A DNA stretch of 64,000 nucleotides from Squalus acanthias (GCA_030390025.1 CM059427.1:182590001-182654000), one strand, 5' to 3'. Counted from the stretch's first letter, positions 49,176-62,740 are shown. A program made the numbers and translations. Notes: generated from the letters alone by a model not told the origin.

Positions 49176-50537
49176 GGGCCAAATGGCCTGTTTCTGTGCT
49201 GTAAATACTGTGTAACACTATGTAATATCAGATCTACCTTTAGGTCTGCCTCCTGTTGAACTTACACTTACTGTAACTGGTGTTCGACTGACTTATATTT
49301 AGCATTACACAATACATATATGTGGGTTGAAAACAACAACTTCTGATGTTTAAACATAAAGTACATGATGACCAGTAGCCTAGCACTATATCCTAGTTCT
49401 AGCTGATACTCCTGTTGCATTTTTTAATGCAACTTTTTGGATTGCAGTCCACCAGTAATTAAAATAAAATATATATTTTAAAAAAAAGCCCAGAACTTAC
49501 CTGAGAACCACTGCAAAGAACAGACGTGGAAGAGTTCCTGTTCATCACAAATTTACACAACCTCTGGACAGTGACATCATAGCACACACTGGTGACTTTG
49601 CTGCTTGTGTTATTCTCACAGCTCATTCAATGTGTAAAGACTGCCTCCAGAAGGGACCTGCGGTGTATCCTCTATCTAGTCACAACATAAGGCCTCTGTA
49701 CAGCTTTACATCAATTCCGCTTGATAGCCAAGGTCACCTTTGTTCAGCTCATAGTAATCCCAAATGCACCTTTTATGTGGCATTCTACAGGGAGCGTTTA
49801 AACAGATGAAATTCATTTCAATCAAACCTGTCCACACGATTACAATTCCAGTGAATAACCAAAGTGAAATGCAAACCCAGCGTCACCACGACGGTTGGGA
49901 TTTAGTGCGAGCACATAATGGAGTGACTGTAAATGGAAAAAGACAGAATATCAATAGGTTCAGGGTGAAGTGTTGGCGAAAGAGACAAATCTGACAGCAC
50001 CACTGAGCCTTGTAGCTTTAGTAGAGAACAGAGAAACTGTATTGCTACAAGTATACACCAGTATATTTCACTGGAGATATAGTGAAAAGATACAACCTCT
50101 CGCTTGGGCATTCAGCCAACATTGTCATGAACGGCTCAACCAAGAGTGCAACATCAGCCTCAAACGTAGTGGAGTACCATATGTCCATCGTAAGACATTG
50201 CTTATTGCTGAGGGTGTTACAGAATAGGTGCAACAGCCTCGATTTTAACCTGGGGTGGGTTTGGTGTGGATTGGGGGGGGTGGTACAGGAAGGGGCAGGA
50301 AACGAGTGAGGTGGGAGCCATTTTAACTGCCGGGTCTCATTTTAATACTGCAGCTCTGTCTCCTGCCCGAAACTGGTGGGAACTTGAGCACAGAGCTTGG
50401 AGACAGAGCTCAGTGAACGCAATTGGAGTGGATCGCAAGCAGAGTGGAAGAATTTGGTGAGAGCAGGAATCGGTGGAGAGGAGGAAGGCGTTTGAGACAT
50501 CTAACTGAAAGGCAGGAGTGGAGCCACAGAACCCAAG

Positions 50538-51418
50538 GGGGGAAAAGTTCAGTATCGCCCCGTTTGGGACGCCACTATCGGCCGTGTGCAAAGTTTAGCG
50601 CCTGGCGCTAATTATCGCCTCCGACTGCAAACTTGACTTTTATCACTCCTAGAGGTGATTGGAGCGCTAAATCAGGCGCTACACATCTTTCTTAAGGCGC
50701 AAAGGCCGAGGAGCGAGGCGCTACCTCAGAGCGCTGGCGAAGCTCATGTGATGTCAGTCAGCAATGGAACTGGCGCCGGCCACTTCTTAAAGGGGAGGGT
50801 CGATCTTACTCTACATCCACACCCTGCTCATTGCAGCCTTGAATCTCGGCCTGGAGAGACCTGTACATCAAATCTGTTGGAAAGAACAATGGAGAGGCCC
50901 AGGGAAAGAGCTCAGACTGCAGCACCCATATTCTCTTCTAAATCGATGCAAGGAAGATCAAACCAGAAAGAACCTGCAAAGTGCTGCTCAGTACCCAAAA
51001 CTCTTCAACACAGCTTTGAATATCCCCTGCAGTCTCTCTCTCTCACTCAGAATACGTGGTGCAAAAATTTCACTGACAAAAAAGGCAGGAAGCGGTCGCC
51101 TTTAAATAGCGCTCCCCCAGTCCCTTCCTGACTTCAAAACGCTCCCCTCAACCTGTCATTGCTAGCGGCAGGTGGTAAGACAGGGGGCGCCACTCAATAT
51201 CCGGTCCGGGGCGCTACCGGGGTGTTGCACTCTCGACTGACGTCACGATCGGCCGGCGCAGGAGATCGTGGCGGTAGTATTTAGCGCCACTGCAAAATGT
51301 CTAGTTAATTTTGTGAGCGGCGCAAAGATCGCCGCGCACGGGCGCTAGTTGCTTTGCACCCCATTAGCGCCCTCTTAAGGCGCTAACGAGAGGCGCAATC
51401 CAACTGAATTTTTCCCCC
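50538..51418. mobile_element. Internally deleted non-autonomous relative of the 2497-6892 Harbinger
   Basis: TIRs gggggaaaagttcag / ctgaatttttccccc; TSD AAG. Colinear with 2497-2879 and ~6365-6892; keeps the MERPRERA start. Confidence 0.9.
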
Positions 51419-51664
51419 AAGGAGTCTAAGTTAATAGGCCCAAGAGCAGACCTGCGGGATAGCGAGAGGAGCGGCTGGAGATAAAAGTAGGCCCGAGAGC
51501 CAAGAGCCCGGAGGAACGCGAGCGTCAGGGAGCGAGGTGAAATAAAACCTAAAGTGTCGTCAGCATAAGGGAAGGAGCTGATTGGTGAGTAGCCGGTGAT
51601 TGTTTATTTTTAAAGTCTTGAGTTTATTTCTGTTAAGTTAATTAATAGTCTATTAAATTGAGGC

Positions 51665-51958
51665 ATGGCAGGGCACTTCAGTCCTGTGGAATGCACATCT
51701 TGTCCCATGTGGGAACTCCAGGATGCTTCCCGTGTCCTGGACAACCACATGTGCAGGAACTGCCGTCAGCTGGAGGAGCTCAAGCTCCAGGTTTTGAAGA
51801 TTGAGCAGCAGCTGGCGTCACTGTGGTGCATCCGCGAGGCTGAGAGCTACGTGGATAGCATGTTTCAGGAGGTGGTCACCCTGCATTCTCTCTGTGTGCA
51901 GGCAGAGAGAGAATGGGTGACCGTCAGACAGACAAGGAGGACCAGGCGGGTAGTGTAG
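51665..51958 (+). pseudogene. CR1 ORF1 N-terminus (C4 zinc finger plus leucine zipper); 5' UTR upstream interrupted by the MITE
   Basis: ECTSCPMWE...HMCRNCRQLEELKLQVLKIEQQLASL. Confidence 0.7.
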
Positions 51959-52507
51959 GATTAGGAATCAATGACTGTGAAAATAAATATTTCCTGGCAT
52001 CGAACCTAACTCTTTGCTTTCATATTTTATACTCATCAATTCCCTGTCTAGCTCAAATAAACTATTCATTTGGACAGCATCTATTCCCTTAATCTATTCC
52101 CCCTCAATCTTATCTCTTCGAAGCCTACATTTATTCAAGGAAAAAAGCCTCAATTCCTTGAACCAATCTTAATAGCTCAGATCTCTAAGACTGGGTATCA
52201 TTTTGGTGCCCTTCTCTGGACCTCCTCCAGAGTCTAATATCCCCTTCTAGGTGTCAGGACCAAAACTGGACATTGTACTCTAAATGTGGCCATACTGAAG
52301 GGATAATTACAAGTCCTAGCCCTTTCAGACTACCCCAGATCAGGTGTATTCCCCAGACGTTCACTTTCAACTAAAGTTAGCGGTAGCCGAATCCTAGAGA
52401 TGCTTAATTGGGTCTAAAAGTCAGACTACCTCTCCCTAAAGGAAAGAAACGGCCTGAAGATGTTACCATCCTCTGGATAGCACTTTTAACAAGTTTAACT
52501 CGTCTGT

Positions 52508-52938
52508 AACATAGAAACATAGAATCTAGGAGCAGGAGTAGGCCATTCGGCCCGTCGAGCCTGCTCCACCATTCAATACGATCATGGCTGATCATCCAAA
52601 TCCAGTACCCTGTCCCCTACTTTAATCCCCACAGTACACATATCCCACCCTACCCCCGTAACCCCACGTATTTAATTCCCCCTAACATATCCCATCCTAT
52701 CCCCATAACCCCACATATTTAATCCCCCCCTAACACTAAGGGTCAATTTATCATAGGCAAATCAACCTAACCCGCACATTTTTGGACTGTGGGAGGAAAC
52801 CGGAGCACCCGGAGGAAACCCACGCAGACACGGGGAGAATGTGCAAACTCCACACAGACAGTCACCCGAGGTCAGATTTGAATCCGGGTCCCTGGCGCTG
52901 TGAAGCACCAGTGCTAACCACTATGCCACCGTGTTGCC
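52508..52938 (-). mobile_element. CR1 3' tail (52508-52620) adjoining an HE1-like V-SINE (52625-52938) with an internal ~48-bp duplication
   Basis: V-domain identical in part to 14720-15034. Confidence 0.8.
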
Positions 52939-52949
52939 CTTCCGGATAT

Positions 52950-54167
52950 TATGAGGGTCCGGAAAACCACCCCAGAATTCTGCAACTCCTCACTGAAGAG
53001 TGTACAGAAATTGAGTTTGCGAGATTGATACAGAAATACTCTTTGAGACAATTTTAAAAATATATAGATTTATTAAAGAACCGACATTTAGTTAACAGCT
53101 GGTATGGCAATCGCAACTTTAACCGTTCAAAATACAAATAGCTTACATTTCTTATCAGAGATCCTTATTCTCAAATCTTAACTTCGTTACATTTCCACGC
53201 TTCTACTTATTTCTTAATCCAGAATATCCACCAAAATCAAATACCTTGATTACCTGAGACTCAGAGTTGTAGGCCTACAGAGTGGTTCTGAAGGCGAGAA
53301 TCGCTCTGCCCCTTCCCAGCGACTTCTGACTCTCTATCTGAAAAGCTCTTATTTTTATACTCTTTTTTAGTGGTATATTCTTTGAAGTTTTCTACTGATT
53401 TAAGCTAATTGTCGCTAGTGATACTCTATTGAATTCCTTTCTATTCTTACTGTCATTTCAGCTGCCAACTTTTAGAATTCTGTCTCTACCTTTAGGTGTT
53501 TCAAAAACGTATCATTTTTATGGTTATTGTCAATTTATCTATTTGATGCTATTCTTAGGAAGTCTTTCTATTGAATTCTTAATATCACTTAACTGCTTGT
53601 AAGCCAGACGTCGTGACTCCGTGGTGTTCCAAGTTTAGCACATAAACAATGTGATTGCTTGGTGTCATCTATTGATATTATATTTTCAAAGCCTCTCTTT
53701 AGGTATCTTTTACAATCTGTAAATCAAAACCACTTCTCTTAGGGTGTTTACTTGTTTTCTTGCTATCTCAATTGGTTGCATATTTAATTGTGTTTCCTGT
53801 CTTATTTGATGTTACTTTATGAAGGCATATGGTTGTTTAATGTTCTAAGTTTCTGTTTCCCTGAGTGTTAGCTTATAACACTTTACTTGGGTCATTCCAT
53901 TGTGTTTCTCCCAAACTCCAGACCTTCTGGAAGCGCCAATGGTTTGCTTCAATAGGGGCATTGTTTTTGTGTTTACAACCATCTCCCATTTCAAAGCTTG
54001 TGGTGTTTTACAGCTTTTGTTAACACTTCACCTTATCTCAGAAGCCTGTATTGTGTTTGCAGCCTGTGTCGCCGAGGCTTTCCAGACTTTTAAATGTCTT
54101 GTATTAATAATATCAAAATCTGTTCATAGGATGATGTATTTCTTGGAATATGGCTTATTCCATTACA
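52950..54167 (-). mobile_element. Probable solo LTR
   Basis: Ends (ta)tgaggg...ccattaca, flanks atat/atac; minus-strand TATAAAA (~53355) upstream of AATAAA (~53070); AT-rich, no ORF. Confidence 0.45.
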
Positions 54168-56300
54168 ATACAAGTGTCTTTCATAAGGTAGATATATCAT
54201 GCGATTTTAACCCTTCCCGCCCGGCGGAATTTGGACGTGTGGGCAGTTAAAATCGCCTGTCGAGGTGCTGCTGTCTTCCAGTAGGTTCCGATTCTAACCT
54301 TCTTCTCTGAGCAGGCGAGAGGGACACCCGCCGGATGCCGGCAGGGTCTTTCTTTAAACATGCAGATTGGGCTCCGGTGACATCATCAGGGCTCGACTAC
54401 TTTTGCACCGTTCCGCTGGAAGTGACAACAGATACTGGAAGCGCCCGTCCATATGAGGCAGTGATGACAGAATTAAATTCTACGTCAATATTTTCTGTTA
54501 TTACCACCTTGCTAACCATGGGGATCCAGTGTGGCTCAGTGATGCAGAAAGCCAGAAAAGATTTTACTGTCCAAATCAGGATGAAATACTTGTTTGAAGA
54601 CAAGACGAGGGAAGACTATGTAGGCTGAAGGTAAATATATCTACAGAGATTAGGAGAGGAGTTATTGGCTAAAGTGGTATCAGGTTGTCAGAGAGGAGAT
54701 GTATCTTATTTTATTCATAACATTACTTCACTCAGATAGATTTTGTATTGAAATCCTTTATTGCACAGACTGAAGCCTGAAAGGAAAGGGCCAGTATTGG
54801 AATTATGAGGGAATGATAAAGCTGATTGATCACTGCTCCCTACTGACTATGTAGAAATGAAAAGAACTTTAGGATTATAGGATTACAAGTAATCACACCA
54901 TGTCTTAATGAGACTGCTGACCTGAATCTCAAAAGTTCACTCAATATTTAATTTGATTCCCAAGTCATAAACTTAAGGTGTTGGCAACAGCTTTATATCA
55001 CACATCTGATTGGGTACAGTCATATCAAAAGCCCTTAACTACCCATGGAGAATGGACTCCACTCAGACTACTAGTAATAATCCATCAAATCCATTTCTTG
55101 CAGTGTTGTACAGCAGCTTCTGTTCTGTCTGTTTCAGTTTTGTCAGTTTATCATTACATACATGATTAAAACCTTAGCCTCCTTAAATAATCTCTGCTAT
55201 TTTTCAGGCCCCCTCAGTCTCTGCATACACCCTCTGTCCAATACCTGCTGGCAGAGATCCAGTGTAAGGGGCACAATTTAAACAAAACAAAATGTACACT
55301 CGCATTTCATCGTGTTTGCTGTGTGGACCTTACATTGGGCTTTGGAATATTGCCCGTCTCTGAACCCCTGGAGCCCAACACAAGCCAACATAATGCAACC
55401 ACAAGGATTGTTGTGGTTCAAGGAGAAGGCTTGAACCAGAGAGAGAGAGACTCTGTTGAGCATTGGGCAAGAGGGCAGAGGGAAGAGAGATCCTGTTGTG
55501 GCAGATCAAGAAAGATCCTGTTGAAATCAGAGAACTAAAGAGATATTCTGTTGCAGGATGGTGGATGTCGACTGTTAGGACTTAGCAAGACCACATTATA
55601 AAACAGCATTTCCTCCAAATTATGAACAACATCATGAGATATTGTTCTAGGTTTCTCTTTAATAGATACAGACAAAGGAACTTTATGATCTTCTTTCAGA
55701 AATACAGAACAAAAATGAATGACTAATATAGTCAAAAATGTTTCATTTCAAATGGATGTTAAAGATTTCTATAAACCAAATATTGAATACAGGAACATGT
55801 TATCACACCAGTAATGAAACCACAGAAATCTAGTAAACTAATTATAAAAGTACTGTTCACAGTCACCTAGCAAACTAAAAATATCAGCATATCCAATTCA
55901 GATGAAATGGGAAAATATTGTCCCAATTTTGACACACACACACTGTAGCTGATGCAAGTTGTAGAGTATGTCAGTATCCTATTCTCAGTATAAGGATAAC
56001 ACTAACTTGAAGTGCGGTGAGCGCGAAGTTATAGTGTAGTAATTTTAATTTTAGAATTCTGAAACCAGCTAGATGGACTGCAATAGTTTTACTGTCCTAT
56101 ACACTCCTGTGCTCCTACCTTTTGTGGAAGTTCACTGGACCTTGGCTGTTGATTTCTCCATGTTACATTGCATAGGTGTTATGGTAAAACAGGAACAATA
56201 GATTGTCCCTCACTGCAGGCATTCACATGAATACAACAAGCTTGAATTTGATGACAGATAGAAAAAAAATGAAACCAGCCTATTTTATCCAAAGTCAAAT

Positions 56301-57856
56301 GGGCTAGAAATTCATTATAGCCAAGGAATGGGCAGTGTTTAGACTAAAAATTGTTAAATAGCGCCAGGTGAAAATCGGCCAGACTGCACGCAAAATTCAT
56401 CCTCACTCCTCATTAAAATGATTGCAGTCATGATTCTAGTCAAAAAACCAAAGTTTATTGGCGTTACACTAAAATTATGTATCAATATCGGGTGTAGTCT
56501 AAACGCAAGTAATGATTGCCCCAGGCTTTTTTCAGTACTTAAAGGGGAGGTCTTTTGGTGCTGCAGCACCTCGTTCTCAGCATTGTTGGGTGTACAGCTG
56601 CCTCAACAAACATAAGAAGAAAGACAAAGAGAAGGAGCACTTCCGAGGAAGCTTTGGAGGCATTGGTTTTAGTGGTGGAGAGAAGGCAGGCAGTCCTGTA
56701 CCAACTGGCAGGAGGCCCTCGCCACAAGTCTGCTGGACCAAGTGGAGGGAGGTGGCACACCACGTCATGGGCAGCACTGTGGTCCCCAGGTCCCACACCC
56801 AGTGCAGGAGGAAGTTTAACGAGCTCACACGGGTGGTCAGGGTGAGTGACTGCTTCAACCAATGCTACATACCACCATCTGTACCACAAGCTTCACACAC
56901 TGCTCAATGTACCACACCCCCAGCACTCACCCACCAACAATCTGTACCTAGCAACACTCATACCCACATCTCACACCTTGCACACAATGGAAGCTCTTCA
57001 AATATGTCAGGCGCAAGGGTTATTAGTTATTAGAATTCATGTCATATGTGTGATATGTTTATAGATACATTTATTAATGGTATTTGGAATATTTTGTGGT
57101 CTCTCTCATTTCACCTTTGCGCTCAGGGGGACGCTGTGATATGGCGTGAGACAGGGATTGTATGATGGAGATGTGGTGAGCTATGGGGATCTGGGGTTTC
57201 ATTCATGTGAATTGGAGTCTGATGAGCTGGTCATGGACAGACTGTCCAGAAGGCCGATTGTCTCGCTGCCTCTGCCCTCCCTCCTCTTTCTCCTCATCCT
57301 CCTCCTCCTCATCCTCCTCGTCCTCTTCTCCTTATCCTCTTCCTCCTCATCCTCCTCTGCCTCATCATCCTCCTGACCTAATCCAGCAATCCCGCAACCC
57401 CCATGACTGTGAGGAATTGTTGTGAGCAGAAATCTTTAACAAATAATGAGTGACTTCTGTGCTTGAATCAACACTCCCTGTCATCAAAAAAACTTGAAAT
57501 AACTAAAGAAAGCTGTTTCAGTTGCAGGAAGTAGCAAACAGGCACTGAAACTGCAGAACCCTGTCAGGTACAGCTGATTGAGGAAGGTGCTTTTAATTAT
57601 CACTGCTGCAGCCTGCTTCCTGCTGGTAAATGCCAGCTCTCCCTGCTGTTGTTCAGCGCTGCCGTTAAGGTAAGTGGCTAAATCCAATGTTGGAGATCGG
57701 GTGTCAAGTGAGCGTTGCACATTCACTGACGTCACACTCTACATCATGGCAAGCTCCCTGGCGATCGAAGTTACTGGTAGTGCTACTGACAACATGTGTG
57801 TGTGGCGCTGGAACCGGCATTAGCTGTCGTTACAGCTGTCAACGACATTTCTCCCC
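56301..57856. mobile_element. Non-autonomous Harbinger (copy 2 of the 27364-29076 family)
   Basis: Starts gggctagaaatt, ends atttctcccc; WREVAHHV...RSHTQCRRKFNELTRVVR|gtgagt. Confidence 0.85.
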
Positions 57857-58547
57857 GAAAAACTTATCAACAAGTTTAGAGTCATTCCTTGAATTTCCTA
57901 ATGTGTAGTGTATACATGAAGTTAGAAAGTCTATAGATTATGGTTTGCTTCAAAAAAATCTATCGATTAGTGTTCACGATTTATCAACAGGGAATGAACA
58001 GAGTAGCCATTTTGTTTGTCAGTGAATTTTAACCGCAGGTTAATTAGGTTGGAGATTGTTGACACAAGTCCTGATCTTGATGACTAAGTATTAATAAAAG
58101 CCTTGCTGTTTGCTATTCATTAGAATAAATGCTAGGAATGGGGAAAATAGAATAATTGATTCACAACAACTTCATGTAAATAGCCTTGTTAGAACACACA
58201 GAATGCTGGCTCCCTAAAGGCCTTGTTACAATGAATGTTAAGTGCACTTATTAGATTTCTTTTTAAAAGCTATCTGCTCATGAAGCCTTAAATGCATTGC
58301 ACACAGTTGGAGAGGATACATTCAATTAATACACTTAGTGAAATATAAGATTCGGTTGTATCATTCGTTCCACATGTGACATAACAGCATTTGATCAGTG
58401 ACACTGATAATGGAGTGCTACTATTGCTATGCAGCAGGTGCTGAATCTTGCTCAGAGACCAACTGAAGTCATCACATGTAACAGCATTGTAAGTGTCTTA
58501 GTGTAAATCATAAATGTGGTCTTTTAGAACAAATTCAGTAGACATAG

Positions 58548-59056
58548 ATTTGACTATTCCAACGCACTCCTGGCCGGCCTCCTATCTTCCACCCTCCATA
58601 AACGTGAGGTCATCCAAAACTCGCACCAAGTCCCATTCACCCATCACCCCTGTGCTCACTGACCTACATTGGCTCCCGGTTAAGCAACGCCTCGATTTTA
58701 AAATTCTCATCCTTGTTATCAAAACCCTCCATGGCCTCACCCCTCCCTATCTCTGTAACCTCCTCCACCCCTACAACCCTCCAAGATATCTGTGCTCCTC
58801 CAATTCTGGTCTCTTGGGCATCCCCGATTTTAATTACTCCACCACACCAAGGGCCTAAGCACTGGAATTCCCTCCCTAAACGTCTCCGCCTCTCTTTCCT
58901 CCTTTCCTCCTTCAAGACGCTCCTTAAAACCTACCTCTCATCTGCCCATATATCTCCTTATGTCAAATTTTGTTGATAACGCTCCTGTGAAGTGCCTTGG
59001 GATGTTTTACTACGTTAAAGGCGCTATAGAAATACGAGTTGTTGTTGTTGTTGTTG
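58548..59056 (+). mobile_element. L2 LINE 3' fragment with (gtt)n tail
   Basis: SPITPVLTDLHWLPVKQRLDFKIL motif. Confidence 0.85.
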
Positions 59057-59665
59057 AGGAGAACTACACAGAGGCGTTTATTGTGTAACTGGGCATAGCA
59101 ACCAAGGGAAACCTTACTCTAATGTCTTTAATGAGTAAGCATCTGTTCCCTAAAGAACAAGGTGAAACTATAATCCTAGGTAGGTAGAATAAAACGCTTC
59201 CTGTTCATTTTACCTGTAGGTCCTCCACTGCACAAATTCAAGTGTTGTTTGTCACATTTAAAAGGCATCTCAAAGTGTTGCCATTAATATTTTACTACAG
59301 ATGTTATCTGTAAAGTGCTTAGTGCTTACCAAGAAATAATGTCACTTTCTTGTGCAATGACACATTCGTTTACAGGCAAGAAATATGCATCGAGCATCAT
59401 TAATTAATTAGCCAGCAATTACCACTGCAGTGTCCCGCAGGTGCAGATGTAATAGTCAATACTGTCATTAGACACTCTAACTCTATTTACTGATAGCTGT
59501 GAGCACACTGTGTAAGGCAACAAATGGAAACAACATTAACTCTTCAATGCTGTGTTGCTCACAGGATAATATTTTGCCAATAATACAGCTACATTTTTAA
59601 AACTTTTTTGTACATGCATTTGGACAATTAATTTGCAATAATGCATAAATTATCAAGACACCGAG

Positions 59666-61248
59666 GGCTGAGTTTTCTGGCTCCCATGTTAGCTGACATT
59701 GTTAACGGTTCCCTCTCCTCAGGTACTGTCCCCCATTCCCTCAAATCTGCCGTCATCAACCCTCTCCTCAAAAAAACAACCCTTGACCCCTCCGTCCTTG
59801 CAAACTACCGCCCCATCTCCAACCTCACTTTCCTCTCCAAAGTCCTTGAACATGTTGTCGCCTCCCAAATCCATGCCCATCTTTCCCGCAACTCCATGGT
59901 TGAATCCCTCCAATCAGGTTTGCACCTCTGCCACAGTACTGAAACGGCTCTCATCAAAGTCACAAATTACATCCTTTGTGACTGTGACAAAGGTAAACTA
60001 TCCCTCCTCGTCCTTCTTGACTTGTCTGCAGCCTTTGACACGGTTGACCACTCCATCCTTCTCCAACGCCTCTCCACCGTCGTCCAGCTGGTTGGTACTG
60101 CACTTGCCTGGTTCCATTCTTATCTATCTAATCGTAGCCAGAAAATCACCTGCAATGGCTTCTCTTCCCGCTCCCGTATCGTTACATCTGGTGTCCCCCA
60201 AGGATCTAACCTTGGCCCCCTCCTATTTCTCATCTACATGCTGCCCCTTGGTGACATCATCCGAAAACACAGCGTCAGTTTCCACATGTAAGCTGACAAC
60301 ACCCAGCTCTACCTCACTACCACTTCTCTCGACCCCTCCACGGTCTCTAAATTGTCAGACTGCTTGTCCGACATCCAGTTTTGGATGAGCAGAAATTTTC
60401 TTCAATTAAATATTGGGAAGACTGAAGCCATTGTTTTTGGACCCCGCCACAAACTCCGTTCCCTAGCCATTGACTCCATCCCCCTCCCTAACATCTGTCT
60501 GAGGCTGAACCACACTGTTCGCAACCTTGGTGTCATATTTAACCCTGAAATGAGCTTCTGACCACATATCCACGGCATAACTAAGACCGCCTATTTCCAC
60601 CTCCGTAACGTTACCTGTCTCCGCCCTTGCCTCAGCTCATCCGCTGCTGAAACCCTCATCCATGCCTTTGTTACCTATAGACTTGACTATTCCAATGCTC
60701 TCCTGGCTGGCTTCCCACGTTCTACCCTACGTAAATTTGAGGTCATCCAAAACTCAGCTGCCTGTGTCCTAACTCGCACCAAGTCCCATTCACCCATCAC
60801 CCCTGTGCTCGCTGACCTACATTGGCTCCTGGTTAAGCAACACCTCGATTTTAAAATTCTCATCCTTGTTTTCAAATCCCTCCATTGCCTCGCCCCTCCC
60901 TATCTCTGTAATCTCCTCCAGCCCACAACCCCCCGAGATATCTGCGCTCCTCTAATTCTGCCCTCTTGAGCATCCCTGATTATAATCGCTCAACCATTGG
61001 TGGCCGTGCCTTCTGTTGCCTAGACCTTAAGCTCTGGAATTCCATGCCTAAACCTCTCCACCTCTCTACCTCTCTTTCCTCCTTTAAGATGCTCCTTAAA
61101 ATCTACCTCTTTGACCACACTTTTGGTCATATGCCCTAATTTCTCCTTATGTGGTTCGGCATCAAATTTTGTTTGTCTTATAATACTCCTGTGAAGTGCC
61201 TTGGGACATTTTACTACGTTAAATGCGCTATATAAATACAAGTTGTTG
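59666..61248 (+). mobile_element. 5'-truncated L2 LINE (RT domain to 3' tail), inactivated
   Basis: NYRPISNL, HSTETAL, LLDLSAAFDTVDH, GVPQGS and LNIGKTE; stop codon at the YADD-equivalent position (taa gct gac aac). Confidence 0.92.
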
Positions 61249-61567
61249 AATGGATTCCTTACAGAGACCCCACAGTACAACCTGAAGGATCAAACCTTCC
61301 TCGCAAACAGTGGGCAGCCATCAACCGCATCAGAACCGGTCATGGTAGATGCTGCTACCTTCTCCATAGATGAAAGATTAAAGCATCCCCATCATGCGAC
61401 TGTGGAGCTCCTAATCAGATCCTGCAGCACATCATTGAGCACTGCCCTCAGAGGAAATTTGCAGGCAGCCTACAAGATATCCACGCTGTTACACCAGAAG
61501 CTTTGGCCTGGATATCTGACTTAGAAATTGACATTTGATTTGCTTTGCTACTACCATACGAAAGAAG
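61249..61567 (+). mobile_element. Vingi/Ingi-like LINE 3' end
   Basis: 61278-61538 encodes QPEGSNLPRKQWAAINRIRTGHGRC...SPSCDCGAPNQILQHIIEHCP...LAWISDLEIDI* (CCHC); tail ccatacgaaagaag; TSD aagttgttg. Confidence 0.75.
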
Positions 61568-62429
61568 AAGTTGTTGTTGTTGAGTTAGTAAAATCAGAAT
61601 GTAATATTGCTCTGCAGACGAGAATGCTCCAGTTTTGATTCCCAGTCAATGCCAAGTGAGGCTTTACAATTTACCTTGACTAAGGCAGTATCTCACTCCC
61701 AATTTCTATCTAGTGATTCCTGCTGGAAGAGTGCTATTGTGTGGATGTTGGGTGAGAACAGAGTCAGATGCAGTTGTGAGGTCCTCCACAGTTGAATAGC
61801 CCACCACACTGTCTAAATACATACTTTAAGAATAGCAACACGGACAAGTTACTAAATATCACCCAATGCCTATGAAACTTTACCTAGCAGGAGTCAACAC
61901 TTTCATGAGAGGTAGGGAGAGTTTATAAGCTATGCAAATTCTTCCAATTAAACAGATATTAAAAAGGCCCAATTTAAATTAGTGAAAAGATTAGTATTAT
62001 AGTTTGGCTTTTTGCCTAGCAGTTTTAATCCATGCAGAAACAAACTAGCAATAAAAATATACTTAGAAAAATGACAAAGATTTGGTTCAGCCCACAAGAA
62101 TTTCAAATATCTTCTCCACAGCATATATTTCTCAGAGTCCAATAAACTGCAAGACTTCCAGACGCAATGGGGGGATCTTTAAGGCAATGTGTATTTGCAA
62201 CACCAAAGCTCTGATTGGTCCCTTTGGATGACAAAACCAGATTTCTAATTGGTCCCCTTGGAAGCCAAGACACAGCCAACAGTTTGTTTGGATTTGTAAT
62301 TAGATCCTGCCTGCCTGAGTAATCAAGTACTTTGCAATGTGCAATTTGATCCATTCAGTCTGACTGCCAGGCTCCTGACAGAGCTCACAGTACTGCTTTC
62401 AGAGAAAAGACAGGGCTCACCCCCACGGG

Positions 62430-62740
62430 ATAGGACCTTCTCTCCCCCCAACAAGTTCCTGACCCCACCCAACAAATTGCTGACGTTCCCCCACCCCCGA
62501 GTACCTGACCTTCTCCCTCACCCAACAAGTACCTGACCTTTCTCTCCCCAACAAGTTCCTGACCTTCTCCCCACCGCCTCCCCCCCCAGATTCCTGACCT
62601 TCTCCCCCTGAGTTCCTGACCTTCCTCCCCACCCAAGTTGCTGACTTTCTCCCCCTGCCCAAGTTCCTGACCTTCTCCCTCCAACAAGTTCTTGATCTTC
62701 TCCATCCCGCCCTAATCAAATTCCTGACCTCTCCCCCTGC
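62430..62740 (+). repeat. Degenerate ~27-30-bp pyrimidine-rich tandem repeat (aagttcctgaccttctccc core)
   Basis: About 11 visible copies of the ctgacctt core. Confidence 0.75.
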
